DNA of 63,874 nt, the filler included, from Stramenopiles sp. TOSAG23-2 (Eukaryota): NCBI GenBank assembly GCA_900128395.1. It is 7 parts of 7 records of this genome, joined end to end, with 100 filler letters (N's around TTAATTAATTAA, not from the genome) between each part and the next. Parts side by side here need not be neighbours in the genome. Positions count along the whole stretch, not along the records: positions 9,169 to 18,232 come from LT650129.1; positions 18,333 to 27,389 come from LT650130.1; 5 more parts are not named here. One strand, 5' to 3'. A model generated the notes under the pieces. That model had not been told where the DNA came from. It saw nothing but the letters and a program-made list of their open reading frames with translations, and made no database searches. Position 1 is the stretch's first letter. Every line of letters starts with the position of its first letter. A program made the position numbers and the translations under genes. This document shows, in pieces, positions 12,398 to 23,466 of this stretch.

Positions 12398-15300
12398 ATC
12401 TTCATTTTGGACTCTGATATCTGCAACATGTGGTGGTGCTGGTGGTGGTGCTATTGCTGCAACCGTCACAAATTTCCATCTATGATGAAATACGAATACA
12501 AATCCAACAAATGGTAACACTAGAAGATCAAGAAGAATCAACAATGTAGTTATAATGACGATACGAACACGATTATTTGAATTTACGTAATAAAAGTCAC
12601 TTGGACCAACAAATGATAAATAAATTTCTTGCTCCTGTTCCCTATGCTGCTCCTGTTGCTCATACTCGTAACCTTGTCTTTGCAAGTCAGTCAAGTCATT
12701 TTGAGCAATATGTTCATCTACAACTTTCGCTGCTGGCGTTACAGCTATTGTATTATTATTATCTCCACGATTATCGTTATCGTTTGTATTGACTGCTATG
12801 GCAGTAATTTGCACATCTTCCATTTTTTTTGCTGTCGAAAAACGTCGTAAATACTGAATCAAATTGCGGAAATTCTTTCTTAAATCTTCACCTCTATACG
12901 TACTTACACAAATAATGAGTATAAATGGCAAACTTAATAAATCAATGAGGAAATGAAAAAAATGCAAAAATACCTGAAAAACTCTAGTGCAACTTTTCCG
13001 ACATTCTAAATGATATAACTCATTTTTAGCAAAGTAAAGATGGTACACTGGTCCAGAGCGGTATATAGAAAGTAACAAAATTAATGTAAATGGCAATGTC
13101 ATTATGTCTATTATCAACAATACTACATTGAGGATTGTTATTATGTAGCGTTCCATAGAATCTTCAAAGCTAAAGCCATGGTTTTTGAATGAATTAATTA
13201 TTGGTTCACTACGCCATATGGTGACTACTAACAATAGCTGAAATGGTAACATGATTATATCTAAAATAATCAATACAAGTGAAACTATTAAAAAGATATG
13301 TCGTTCCATAGTTTCTTTGCATTTAAACTTGTTTTCTCCTTGTTTGTTTATTAGATCTTTTAGCAGCCCATTCCGATAGCATGTAAGACATACTATTATC
13401 AACAATGGCAAAAAAATAATATCTAATATAATCAAAATGAAGTTCGTCAAAACAAGTTTTTTAGTTTTCCAATTGAAATCATGCTTCATTTCCTTGGATA
13501 CATTTTGGAAACGATACCATGTAACTAAAATAAGTAAAATAGCTGGGACAAAAACAATATCAATGATGGTTAAAAAACCTTGCTTAATTATTTGCTCTCG
13601 TGTTTCATACATATAATATTTTTCAAATGCATATCCATCGTATTTATTATCTTCCACATTTACAGGATGTGAACGTAGAGCATCCTCTCCAAAATGATTC
13701 TCCTCTTGCCCTACTAATTGAGTTGGTATCCTGGTACGATTTTCTTTTGGAATAATTTTCCGTATATTTTGTATGCGTTTATAATGATTGTATAATATTC
13801 TAACACGAATAACAAAAGCACATGTAATTATTAAAAATGGTACAGCGAGTATATCTAATAACGAAAACAAACCAAAGTAAATTGCAGCCTTACGTGCTTG
13901 AACATTATAAGATCTATGTACATATATCTTATTTCCTTGGTATTTGCAATAATAATACGGTTGCAGAATACCGAAATCAACCCTTTTCCCCACAAAATCT
14001 TGAGCTTCGCGACGTGTTCCAGATCGAAATGCTTGCAGCCTTACGTGCTTGAACATTATAAGATCTATGTACATATATCTTATTTCCTTGGTATTTGCAA
14101 TAATAATACGGTTGCAGAATACCGAAATCAACCCTTTTCCCCACAAAATCTTGAGCTTCGCGACGTGTTCCAGATCGAAATGCTTCTACTAACTCTTTTG
14201 TTAATTGTTTTCCGTGCATACCACAGAACAAACCAATTAGTCCCAATGGTATTGCAAAAATATCGATTATTGAGCCGAAACAATTAAACAAGCAAATAAA
14301 TCTGAAATTGATGCGAGAATGTTTCATTTCTACACTTTCATTATCTTCATTATTATGTAATTCGTAATCATACGAACGTTCGTTTATCGGGTTTAAAATT
14401 TGACATTTGTCACTATTTATATGAATAATTTCTTTGATGGTATCAAATAAAATGAAAAGTATACGGTGTGGTGCTATGAGGCTAACAATGAAACAAGGAA
14501 GTGCTGAAAATGTATCCCCTATACTATTTCCAGCGAAAACAAAAGCCATACGACAAAAATGTAAACTTCGAAAAAATTGAAACTTTCCATAAGTTGTACA
14601 TTCATTCTTATATAGATTTTTTACTTCGTTTCACAATGAAACAAGGAAGTGCTGAAAATGTATCCCCTATACTATTTCCAGCGAAAACAAAAGCCATACG
14701 ACAAAAATGTAAACTTCGAAAAAATTGAAACTTTCCATAAGTTGTACATTCATTCTTATATAGATTTTTTACTTCGTTTCTATCTAATTTTTTTAAACTA
14801 TAATATTGATATGTAAATGTGAAAAAAATAGGATATACACTGCGAAAATATGCAATGGCAAACCATGGTGATAAAAATAAGCTTAACACAAATAAAAAAA
14901 TACCAAAGATATCAATTAAAGCCCTGCCAAAGTTGCGTGCAACTGTGAGACGCAATAATACATTGTACGAGTGTTTTATTTCAATGTCTTCATCTAGTTT
15001 GCGCTTGCATGTCATTGCTAAATACATTTCTTTTAAAAATGGTAATGTTCTAGTTGGGACACAAATGGAAAATGCCGCTGCAACCACTAGAAATATATCT
15101 AAAATAGCCAAACAAAATGATACAAAACCTGACCAAATAGCTCCACCACGATGTTTCCCAACTTTCTTATACAACGACATTTGTTGTAGTTCTTCTTGAC
15201 TATAAAAATAATTTTTATTCGATTTTAAAGGTACAAACAATGCATAGAAATAGACATATGGTGATATAAACGTTCGGGATGGACATATGCAACTAGCAAG

Positions 15301-15477
15301 CATAAATGCAAGCCCTATTATATCCAAAATGATATAAAAAATTTCTCTAATTAAATACCAAGTATATTCCACTACGACACTAATAATATATTGCAAGGTA
15401 TGAATGAACTCTGTAAACGCATCATGTGGTGGTTGTTGGTTGTTATTATTAGTGGTAGTCGTAGTTGTCGCGCTCAT
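9169..15477 (-). CDS. Large polytopic membrane repeat protein (>1900 aa, 3'-partial), split into three track ORFs by exact tandem duplications
   Basis: ORFs 14608-15477, 13977-14549 and 9113-14146 join in frame once the 148-bp and 151-bp duplications are removed. About 16 hydrophobic D-x4-P-x10-R-type repeats. Confidence 0.75.
9355..9774. repeat. Exact 210-bp tandem duplication (in frame)
   Basis: 9355-9564 repeated at 9565-9774. Confidence 0.95.
13882..14185. repeat. Exact 151-bp tandem duplication (frameshifting)
   Basis: TTGCAGCCTTACG... starts at 13882 and 14033. Confidence 0.95.
14485..14780. repeat. Exact 148-bp tandem duplication (frameshifting)
   Basis: ACAATGAAACAAGG... starts at 14485 and 14633. 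Confidence 0.95.
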
Positions 15478-15582
15478 ATTGTGTATATAGTAGAAATTAA
15501 ATAATGTAAGATAATGTAGTAGTCGTAGTTGTCGCGCTCATATTGTGTATATAGTAGAAATTAAATAATGTAAGATAATGTA
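15455..15582. repeat. 64-bp tandem duplication spanning the start codon
   Basis: GTAGTCGTAGTTGTCGCGCTCAT... at 15455 and 15519. Confidence 0.9.
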
Positions 15583-16417
15583 AGATATTTGTTGGCAATA
15601 ATCCTCTTCTTTGTTGTTGTTGTTGTTGTTTCTTTTTGGTTATAACTTGATTATTATATATATATATATCGATTTGTAAGTTGTGAACCCTCTCTGATGA
15701 TCTTTATCATTTCAATATTATTCTAATTATAATAATCATTTCAATAATAATAGAACAAAACAAAAAGATAAAGAAGCAACAACAAAATAATATTATTAAT
15801 AATCATCGGGTCGCTGCCATACTATGCGAATAGCATAGCGGGGTTTCCTGAGTAGGGTTCGATGTGCGTGTTGATGATTTGTGAAATATAACAAGAAGTG
15901 GTGTTCAATAAATTGATATAATGCTATGTGTATATTATCTTCGAATACAATGCTATATACCTGCTATTTTTAAAAATCAATAGTGTATCGTTTTAATTAG
16001 GTGACAGGATCGGTGGTTCAATATTCAGGGAGGATATAAATTGAACTAAATGCTCTTTTTGTATAATAAGGTTTTATCATCATGATAAAAAATAATAATA
16101 TAATAAAATTAGAATAATAGGTGCAATAAATACATATATTTCGTTGATTCATTTTATTTTTATTTTATAAGTATAAATAAATGAAATAAAAGGCGTGTGT
16201 GTGTGTGATGTATATAAGAAACAAATTGAAGAAAGTGAAAATATCGTATATTGTTAAATAGCATTCAGGAGAAACAAAGTTAGTTGATATTGTATCGATA
16301 TATTTTCGTGGTATACATACAGTATATATATTGTTACAATTTATTTATTTTTTTCATATTATTAATAATTAATTATATAACTTTTTTTTTTTTAATTGAA
16401 ACTTTTTATTAAAAAAG

Positions 16418-17107
16418 ATGATGATGGTAAAACCAAAAAAAAAGTTATTATCTAGTGTAAGTAAACGTCAGCAAAATAAATATAATGTAAAAAACATAAA
16501 TGATAAAAACATTATTGAGAGTAGTAGTAGTAGTAGTACACATTACAATCCATCTAAATTATTGTATCAAATGCGGTTAAGTTCTAATGATGATGATAAA
16601 ATTGATCAAAGGAATAAAAAAATACTAGTTCGTGAAGCACGTCGTAGACAATCACAAGTATTAGATGCTTCTTTGAATGATACTTTTGACAATAATCTTG
16701 GAAATATAAATGATAGTGGCCATAATATTCATTTTTATAAACATGATAATAGTCCAAATAAAGATCATAAGCATCATCATCGTAAACATCACAATCAACA
16801 TAAACATCATCACCACCACCACCAAAATATGTCACAACAAAATGTTAATGCAACATCAACAACAAATGATAATATGAATATTGATGCATTAAAGACAATG
16901 GTATTTCAACAGGCCGCACGAATTGCTGAATTAGAAACAGAAAATAGATTTTTAAAAAATGTAATACTTGAACAACAACATCAACAACAACATTTAAGTC
17001 CAATCAAAAATAATGACGATGGTACTGTTAATAATAACAATAATAATATTACAAATCATCCACGTAAACATAATAAACAACATGAAGCTTTGAGTTATGA
17101 ACAATAA
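16418..17107 (+). CDS. His/Asn-rich protein with a short coiled coil, unknown function
   Basis: 229-aa ATG ORF; poly-His tract; QAARIAELETENRFLK coiled coil. Confidence 0.6.
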   Translation: MMMVKPKKKLLSSVSKRQQNKYNVKNINDKNIIESSSSSSTHYNPSKLLYQMRLSSNDDDKIDQRNKKILVREARRRQSQVLDASLNDTFDNNLGNINDSGHNIHFYKHDNSPNKDHKHHHRKHHNQHKHHHHHHQNMSQQNVNATSTTNDNMNIDALKTMVFQQAARIAELETENRFLKNVILEQQHQQQHLSPIKNNDDGTVNNNNNNITNHPRKHNKQHEALSYEQ

Positions 17108-17682
17108 AAATAGTAGAAAATAAAAAAGAAGGGGGCGACATTTCTAACATATTTGATCGCACGCGTGTGTGTGTGTAGCTAACGTTTCATTAAAATGTTA
17201 TTGAACAAAGGATGATTATATATACTCGTATATATATATAATATATATATATATGCATGTGTTATAAATGTGATAAAGAGAGAGAGAGAGAGAGAGACAA
17301 AAGTGAAAAAAATAATAAAATGCATGTGGTGTCTACGCCAGTACGGTCAACCTGGTCTCTACATACAAAAAAATTTCTTTTCAAATACCTTAATCAATTT
17401 CTTAAATTATAATAAATACCTTAATATATTAGCTAGAGAGAGACGTTAAATATATAAATTTCAATATCATCAATTAATAATAATGAAAAGGTGAATAATC
17501 CATGATGTCATTGATTGTCGTCATGTTTATATTTTAATCTGACATTACAGTTATCTATCCATTTTTTTTCTTTTTAATCTTATTATATTTTTATTACTGT
17601 GTGCGTGTGTCTGTGTGTGTGGATCACTTGTTTTTTTCAGTATTTGAAACGGTGTTTTTTTTTGTGTTTTTTTGCGTTAGAA

Positions 17683-18232
17683 ATGTCAAGAAAAAATAAT
17701 AACAATCATGCAAAATCATGGTTTTGGGGAAATACAAATAATAATAATAATGCAAATAATAAACCAACTACATTACCTTTACAACCACATCGTACATATC
17801 AATCGTTACTTGGAAAATCACAACCAGATTTGTCTCGTCATCAACGTGCATTAGAAACACCTGATACTAACCGATATAGTGCAACCCCATCGTCAAGTCG
17901 TCGTCCTTTACATTCACGTACACATTCACGAAGAACCATTTCTACTGCTGGTTCTATTTTGTCCAATTATACAGAAACGGAAGTGGGAGATGATGGTCCT
18001 ATAGCTCATAGGGATAAGATTACCCTTCGTAAAGTATTAACAATATTGACTGAAATTATTAAACGTGAATTATCCAAACCACAAGTTTATTCCAAAGTAT
18101 TTTTGCCACCGAAACGTATTACTGATAGTTATTATCCAAAAACTGTATATTCAGAAACACGAGATTTTTTCGTAGAGAAAGAACATGCTCAACGACGGAA
18201 GGAAGATAAGCGTGCGGAAGAATTAGTTTCTA
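17683..18232 (+). CDS. 3'-partial hypothetical protein
   Basis: ATG at 17683 (MSRKNNNNH...); frame open to the linker. Confidence 0.6.
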
Positions 18233-18332
18233 NNNNNNNNNNNNNNNNNNNNNNNNNNNNNNNNNNNNNNNNNNNNTTAATTAATTAANNNNNNNNNNNN
18301 NNNNNNNNNNNNNNNNNNNNNNNNNNNNNNNN
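18233..18332. other. Artificial contig linker
   Basis: N-run + TTAATTAATTAA + N-run. Confidence 0.98.
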
Positions 18333-20642
18333 AATAATAAAGATCCAGCTACGCTTGCTCCTCCACCTTCCGTTCGATCAAACCATGCATCGTGTATGGT
18401 CGGAGATCGATATATTGTTGTCATTGCTGGTAGTGGAAAGGATAGGGCTGATCAAGAAACGGTACGCTATGGTGATATACATGTTCTTGATACTTATAAT
18501 GCAAGTTTTGGTTGGTTAAAATGTGACATAAAAAGTGCGCATGGAAACAGGGCTTTAACGCCGCGTACATACCATGCTGCCTGCACGTTACCTGGTGGTG
18601 TAGTAGCAATTTTTGGTGGTTATACCGGAACAGTAGATGTTCAAGATGTCATTTTAGTATCTATGAATCAAGTCTTGCAACGATTAAATAATGAAAATGT
18701 AGATTTACATCCACAAGTAAATACTGTTGAAGGCGCATTGTCCTCTGTAATGGAACCACGACCATTTGCTAGAAGATTCCATACGCTTGAAGCGATGGAA
18801 GATGGCAGAGCAGGTATATTATTTGGTGGTTGTGCTGGGAAAAAGTATGATTGTTTTAATGATGTTTGGGTTCTGCGCCATACGCCAAAATCGACAAACA
18901 TATCGTGGACAGAGATTCATCCTGATGGACCAAAACCACGAAAACGCTGGGGGCACAGCGCAACTGTTGTTGGCTTGCATATGGTAATTGTTGGAGGTCG
19001 TTCGAAAGCGGATATGATGGATTGCAATGTACTCTCATTTACAGATGCATCGTTAAGTAAGGCTGTATGGATTAAAATTGAATTGCAAGGCACAAATATT
19101 CCTTCTGCCCGCCGCCGTCATACGTGCTGTTTATATAAAGAAAAAATCATATTATTTGGTGGATTTGATGGGAAAACATTTTTAAATGATATGCACTCTA
19201 TACAACTTACAGATGAAATTCTTTCCGGCCAAAAAAATATGAAATCAAATCAAACTTTACTTAAACAACACACTTTGTCCTCTTCGAATCAAGAGCCAGT
19301 ACCATTAAAACGTTTGTCTGTGTCTGAAGCATTTGCATTTGTAGATGAGGATCATAATGTTAATAATGATGATAATAATAATACGAAATCCAATGATAAT
19401 ATTGGACTTGCTGCATTGAAAATTGGAAATAAAAAGCAGGAATCACCACCACCACCACCACCATCAAACCCATTTGTTGTTAATCACGCATTTCCACCTC
19501 CTCCACCACCATCAACAACTGCTTCTTCAAAAAAATCTCCCAATAATAGCAATAAACGTTTTAAAATTAATAATAGCCAGAAGGTGGGAGTGCCTCCTAA
19601 TAACAACAATGCCATGTTAACAAATGCTAAACAAATTGGTTTGAATAGCAATATTGTATGCAAAGATGGATATGCATTAGATGGTTTGACTAAAGAAGAT
19701 CGCGATTTAGTACGTTTTTTTTGTCCATATTTTAAATTTATGAATTACGAAGTGATCATGCAGCAATTAGTTCGTTTGAAAGCTGAATTGGGAGAGAAAG
19801 AAATGGCTGAACAGGTCACCCAACGATTGCTTCCAACTGCCATGTGTTTAACAATATCTAAAGAAAATGCTGTTAAATTGATTTATATGTTAATATTAAG
19901 TGAAGGAATTTACCCCATTTTGTCCCTTGGCTTACCAGGGCATGAAAATGATTTGCTGGTGAAATTAAAAACTCTCGCTAAAGCCAAAGGTTTAATTAGT
20001 GAAACAGCTAATGAAAATTTATCTAAAGAAATTGTTGATACTCGATCAATGCTGGAATATGCAGCTAATCAAGGTTGGAATCAAGTCAACTCAGAGATGA
20101 TACAACAAATGATGCAAATGGGATATAGTGAAAATCAAGTATATAAATGTTATCAATATGTATCTAGCTTTTTAAAGAAAAGCGTTGAGCTAGAGTCGCT
20201 GCTGGATAATATTGAAAAAGCATCACAAATGGAGATTAAACAACTATTTCACGGTATCATTTTATCTCCAAGCCAATCTTCTCAAATATCACGTCCTAAA
20301 TCTATGTCCGTGGATACTGGCAGTAATAATTTGAATGCAATTCAAAAAAAACAATCGTCATCATATGCATTGGCCCAGCAAGTTCGTGAACAAGAAATCA
20401 AAATCGATGCAATGGAAGATGTACTTGAAGAAGTATTAACATGTTGTATAACGCAAGAAATCATGATTGACCCAGTTGCAACGAAAGATGGAAATGTATA
20501 TGAAAGGAAGCAAATAGAAGAATGGTTGTTAAAAAGTGGCGGGACAGATCCATTGACAAGAAAAAAAGTTAAAGTGAGTGAATTAATTCCGTTGCGCAAT
20601 GTGAGAGATGCAGCTGAGAAATTTAGAAAAATGCAAATGTAA
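18333..20642 (+). CDS. 5'-partial Kelch-repeat / UBA-like / U-box E3 ubiquitin ligase
   Basis: Kelch repeats (PSVRSNHAS, PRTYHAAC..IFGG, ARRFHTL..LFGG, RWGHSA..VGG, RRRHTC..LFGG). UBA-like QMMQMGYS. U-box CCITQEIMIDPVATKDGNVYERKQIEEWL...DPLTR. Frame is open from the contig start. Confidence 0.85.
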   Translation, partial: NNKDPATLAPPPSVRSNHASCMVGDRYIVVIAGSGKDRADQETVRYGDIHVLDTYNASFGWLKCDIKSAHGNRALTPRTYHAACTLPGGVVAIFGGYTGTVDVQDVILVSMNQVLQRLNNENVDLHPQVNTVEGALSSVMEPRPFARRFHTLEAMEDGRAGILFGGCAGKKYDCFNDVWVLRHTPKSTNISWTEIHPDGPKPRKRWGHSATVVGLHMVIVGGRSKADMMDCNVLSFTDASLSKAVWIKIELQGTNIPSARRRHTCCLYKEKIILFGGFDGKTFLNDMHSIQLTDEILSGQKNMKSNQTLLKQHTLSSSNQEPVPLKRLSVSEAFAFVDEDHNVNNDDNNNTKSNDNIGLAALKIGNKKQESPPPPPPSNPFVVNHAFPPPPPPSTTASSKKSPNNSNKRFKINNSQKVGVPPNNNNAMLTNAKQIGLNSNIVCKDGYALDGLTKEDRDLVRFFCPYFKFMNYEVIMQQLVRLKAELGEKEMAEQVTQRLLPTAMCLTISKENAVKLIYMLILSEGIYPILSLGLPGHENDLLVKLKTLAKAKGLISETANENLSKEIVDTRSMLEYAANQGWNQVNSEMIQQMMQMGYSENQVYKCYQYVSSFLKKSVELESLLDNIEKASQMEIKQLFHGIILSPSQSSQISRPKSMSVDTGSNNLNAIQKKQSSSYALAQQVREQEIKIDAMEDVLEEVLTCCITQEIMIDPVATKDGNVYERKQIEEWLLKSGGTDPLTRKKVKVSELIPLRNVRDAAEKFRKMQM

Positions 20643-20712
20643 TTAAACTTGAATTATATGATACTTCGTTCGTTGTACGTAATTAAATTTAAATAAATTA
20701 ATACGCGTATAA

Positions 20713-20875
20713 ACCTTCATTTGGTATTCTCCTTTTTAATTAACGATAATATCAACACCCTAGTATGCATAGTGTGAGATAGATTATTTATTGCCTCAGC
20801 TAATTGTATCATATTCTTTTGAAGAGTACTCGGAATTACGATTCGTATCACACTCTGAGTAAATTTAAAAAATAA
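20713..20875 (+). repeat. Dispersed repeat family A copy (A2 flank)
   Basis: Core GTGAGATAGAT..ATTGCCTCAG..TTGTAT..TTCTTTTG.AGAGTA is shared with 29171, 45763, 45935, 56555, 60310 and 60553. Confidence 0.85.
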
Positions 20876-21010
20876 AAATACAATATGCGTACGTAAAATT
20901 TAAATATTATAAAATACGTAATACATAAAATATATTATATGTAAAAATTAGAATATCATATAATACGAAGTAATATGTAACACGGTTCATACGAGTTAAG
21001 AAAGACAAAA

Positions 21011-22123
21011 TCATTTCAACACTTTGCTCTCCAATAAGTCACTAACCATTTTCATTATATAATTATCAGAAGAAATCCAATTTGGTACTGGCAAACCACG
21101 ACTATTTAAAAATTCACGATTATACAATTTCGTTGCATATCGATCTGCACGATCACACAATACAGTAACAATTGTATGCCCAGGACCCAAGTTTTGGGCA
21201 ACTTTAATTGCACCGGCAACATTAACACCAGCAGAGCCACCGATTGCTAAACCTTCCGTTTCTTGCAAATCTTGTAAAATTGGCATCATTTCCTGATCTT
21301 CAACTTCAATAAACATGTCAGGCGTAAAATTACCTGCACCCATATTACCAGTAATACGTCCTTGGCCAATGCCTTCTGATATAGAGCTACCAACACTACG
21401 CAAAGTACCTTCGGTGAAATAGCGCAAAACAGCGGCACCTTCTGGGTCTGTTAATGCAATTTTTATATTTCTATTCATTGTACGTAAATAAGTGCCAACA
21501 CCTGTAATTGTTCCTCCCGTACCAGTAGCACATGAAAATGCATCAATTTTACCACCGGTCTGTTCCCATATTTCTGGTCCAGTCCCATCAATATGAGCTT
21601 GTCGGTTGCTTAAATTATCCCATTGGTTTGCATAAAAAACATGATCGTATTCACCACTTTTTCTAATCTCCTCTGATAATCGCTCTGCTACATGCACGTA
21701 ATTATTTGGATCTTTAAATGGTACAGCAGGAACTTCAATTAATTGTGCACCAGCTTGTCTTAAAGCATCTTTTTTTTCCGGTGATTGAGTATCAGCTAAA
21801 CAAATAATAACATCGTATCCAAATGCTTTTCCACATAATGCCAATCCAATCCCTGTATTTCCCGCAGTTCCTTCAATGATAATACCTTTTTGCCCGCGTA
21901 TTAATTGTTTTTTTTTCTCTGCATCTTTTACCATCCATAAAGCAGCTCGATCTTTAATAGACGAACCAGGATTTTCCCATTCACATTTTCCATAAATCTC
22001 ACAACCTGTTAATTCACTTGGACCAGCTAATCGTATAAGACGTGTATTACCAACCAATTGTTCATACCCAGTGCCGTTTTTCGTTAGATTTTTAGTTGCT
22101 ACAGTTGTAAGAAATCGTTTCAT
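21011..22123 (-). CDS. cysK: Cysteine synthase (O-acetylserine thiol-lyase, PLP-dependent)
   Basis: KCEWENPGSSIKDR (PLP lysine), EGTAGNTGIGLA, NQWDN, GTGGTITG, EGIG, IVTVLCD. Confidence 0.93.
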   Translation of the reverse strand: MKRFLTTVATKNLTKNGTGYEQLVGNTRLIRLAGPSELTGCEIYGKCEWENPGSSIKDRAALWMVKDAEKKKQLIRGQKGIIIEGTAGNTGIGLALCGKAFGYDVIICLADTQSPEKKDALRQAGAQLIEVPAVPFKDPNNYVHVAERLSEEIRKSGEYDHVFYANQWDNLSNRQAHIDGTGPEIWEQTGGKIDAFSCATGTGGTITGVGTYLRTMNRNIKIALTDPEGAAVLRYFTEGTLRSVGSSISEGIGQGRITGNMGAGNFTPDMFIEVEDQEMMPILQDLQETEGLAIGGSAGVNVAGAIKVAQNLGPGHTIVTVLCDRADRYATKLYNREFLNSRGLPVPNWISSDNYIMKMVSDLLESKVLK

Positions 22124-22604
22124 AGGTGATTTGAAATGGTACTGATGTTTTGTTTGAATAAATGCATTTATATAACTTATATTTCAAGAAAGTGCTGATG
22201 GAGTGATTCATTCAAAAATAATAGATATCAAAATTATAACATTGTATGTAATAATAATGAATGCATCATCATCATCACGTGTCTTTTAGGATGTGGTTGG
22301 ATCGAGGTGTGGTTGTTGTTATATATTTAAGGGTAATTAAGGGATGTCAGTATTTTTAATTTGGACTAATCATCATTCTATGGATGGGTGCTCTACTATA
22401 ATAGATAAAAATATACAGAATATATGTATATGTAGAAGAGTGGATCCTCTCTACAATGTATGTGTGTATATATAGTAAATACATATATATAGATAGAAGA
22501 TATAATATTGGATAAATCATTCGAATAAACAAAAAATAATTCATATATATAAACATATATACATATATATAAATACACACAACCACAATACACTTATAGT
22601 TATC

Positions 22605-23123
22605 ATGGAAAAACCACCTATTATAGATGAGCGATTAAATGAAGTTGGTCGAGGTGCAGCGTCTAAAATTGCAAAAAGAATGGGATATTTAAAATTATTT
22701 ACATATGGTAGTGCCATCGGTTTAGGTGTATATTTTGCTTTAGTACATGAATACAATCATCCATTAACAGGTAAACCATATGAACATGTTTTTTCACCAC
22801 TTCGTCGCGTTTTTTGGCGGAATATGGATGGTTTATTGGGTGTAAATAATGGTGACGACGATAATACAGAGGATCGTTACGAGGCAGAGAAAAAACAGAT
22901 AATAAAAAATCATATAGAGCATATGAAGGCAAGAAACCCTGCTATAGGGAAAGTAAAAGATACAAGATTTACTCCAGAAGACTTGAAAAAAATGAAAGAA
23001 AGTGGGATGACTGTTCCTGAAATACAGAAAATAGCGCAAGAAAGATATGATAAATTTAGAATGGATGTAAGAATAGCACAGCAAGCGCGTGATGATGCAT
23101 ATAATAATCAAAAGAAAGAATGA
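22605..23123 (+). CDS. Small single-pass membrane protein, unknown function
   Basis: 172-aa ATG ORF; one hydrophobic helix followed by EHVFSPLRR. Confidence 0.65.
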   Translation: MEKPPIIDERLNEVGRGAASKIAKRMGYLKLFTYGSAIGLGVYFALVHEYNHPLTGKPYEHVFSPLRRVFWRNMDGLLGVNNGDDDNTEDRYEAEKKQIIKNHIEHMKARNPAIGKVKDTRFTPEDLKKMKESGMTVPEIQKIAQERYDKFRMDVRIAQQARDDAYNNQKKE

Positions 23124-23466
23124 AGGAGTATCACATACAATCACCCTTGTAAAAAATATCATTTTGTAAACTTATCTGTGGAGGACGGATAATACAGTAT
23201 AATTTTTAAAAATAATTCTCTGTGCTTTTATTTATACTCGTACGTATAATTTAATTTTCAACACGACGCACATAATTTATTTTTTATTTAAGTTCGTATT
23301 ATATATTGAATATAATATTATGATACTATAATACGCACCACACAAAAATATACTGCTATGATACACGCGTTCATTTTTCTTCATCGGTGTATCATATATA
23401 ATAAATCTATCAAGACATAAAAAAGCTTTTTACATTATTACCAGGTATGATCACATGCATCATATT

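Noticed and set aside
15838-15870. tRNA-like GCGGGGTTTCCTGAGTAGGGTTCGAT
   Set aside because: A-box-like and B-box-like words are adjacent, with no anticodon arm or acceptor stem.
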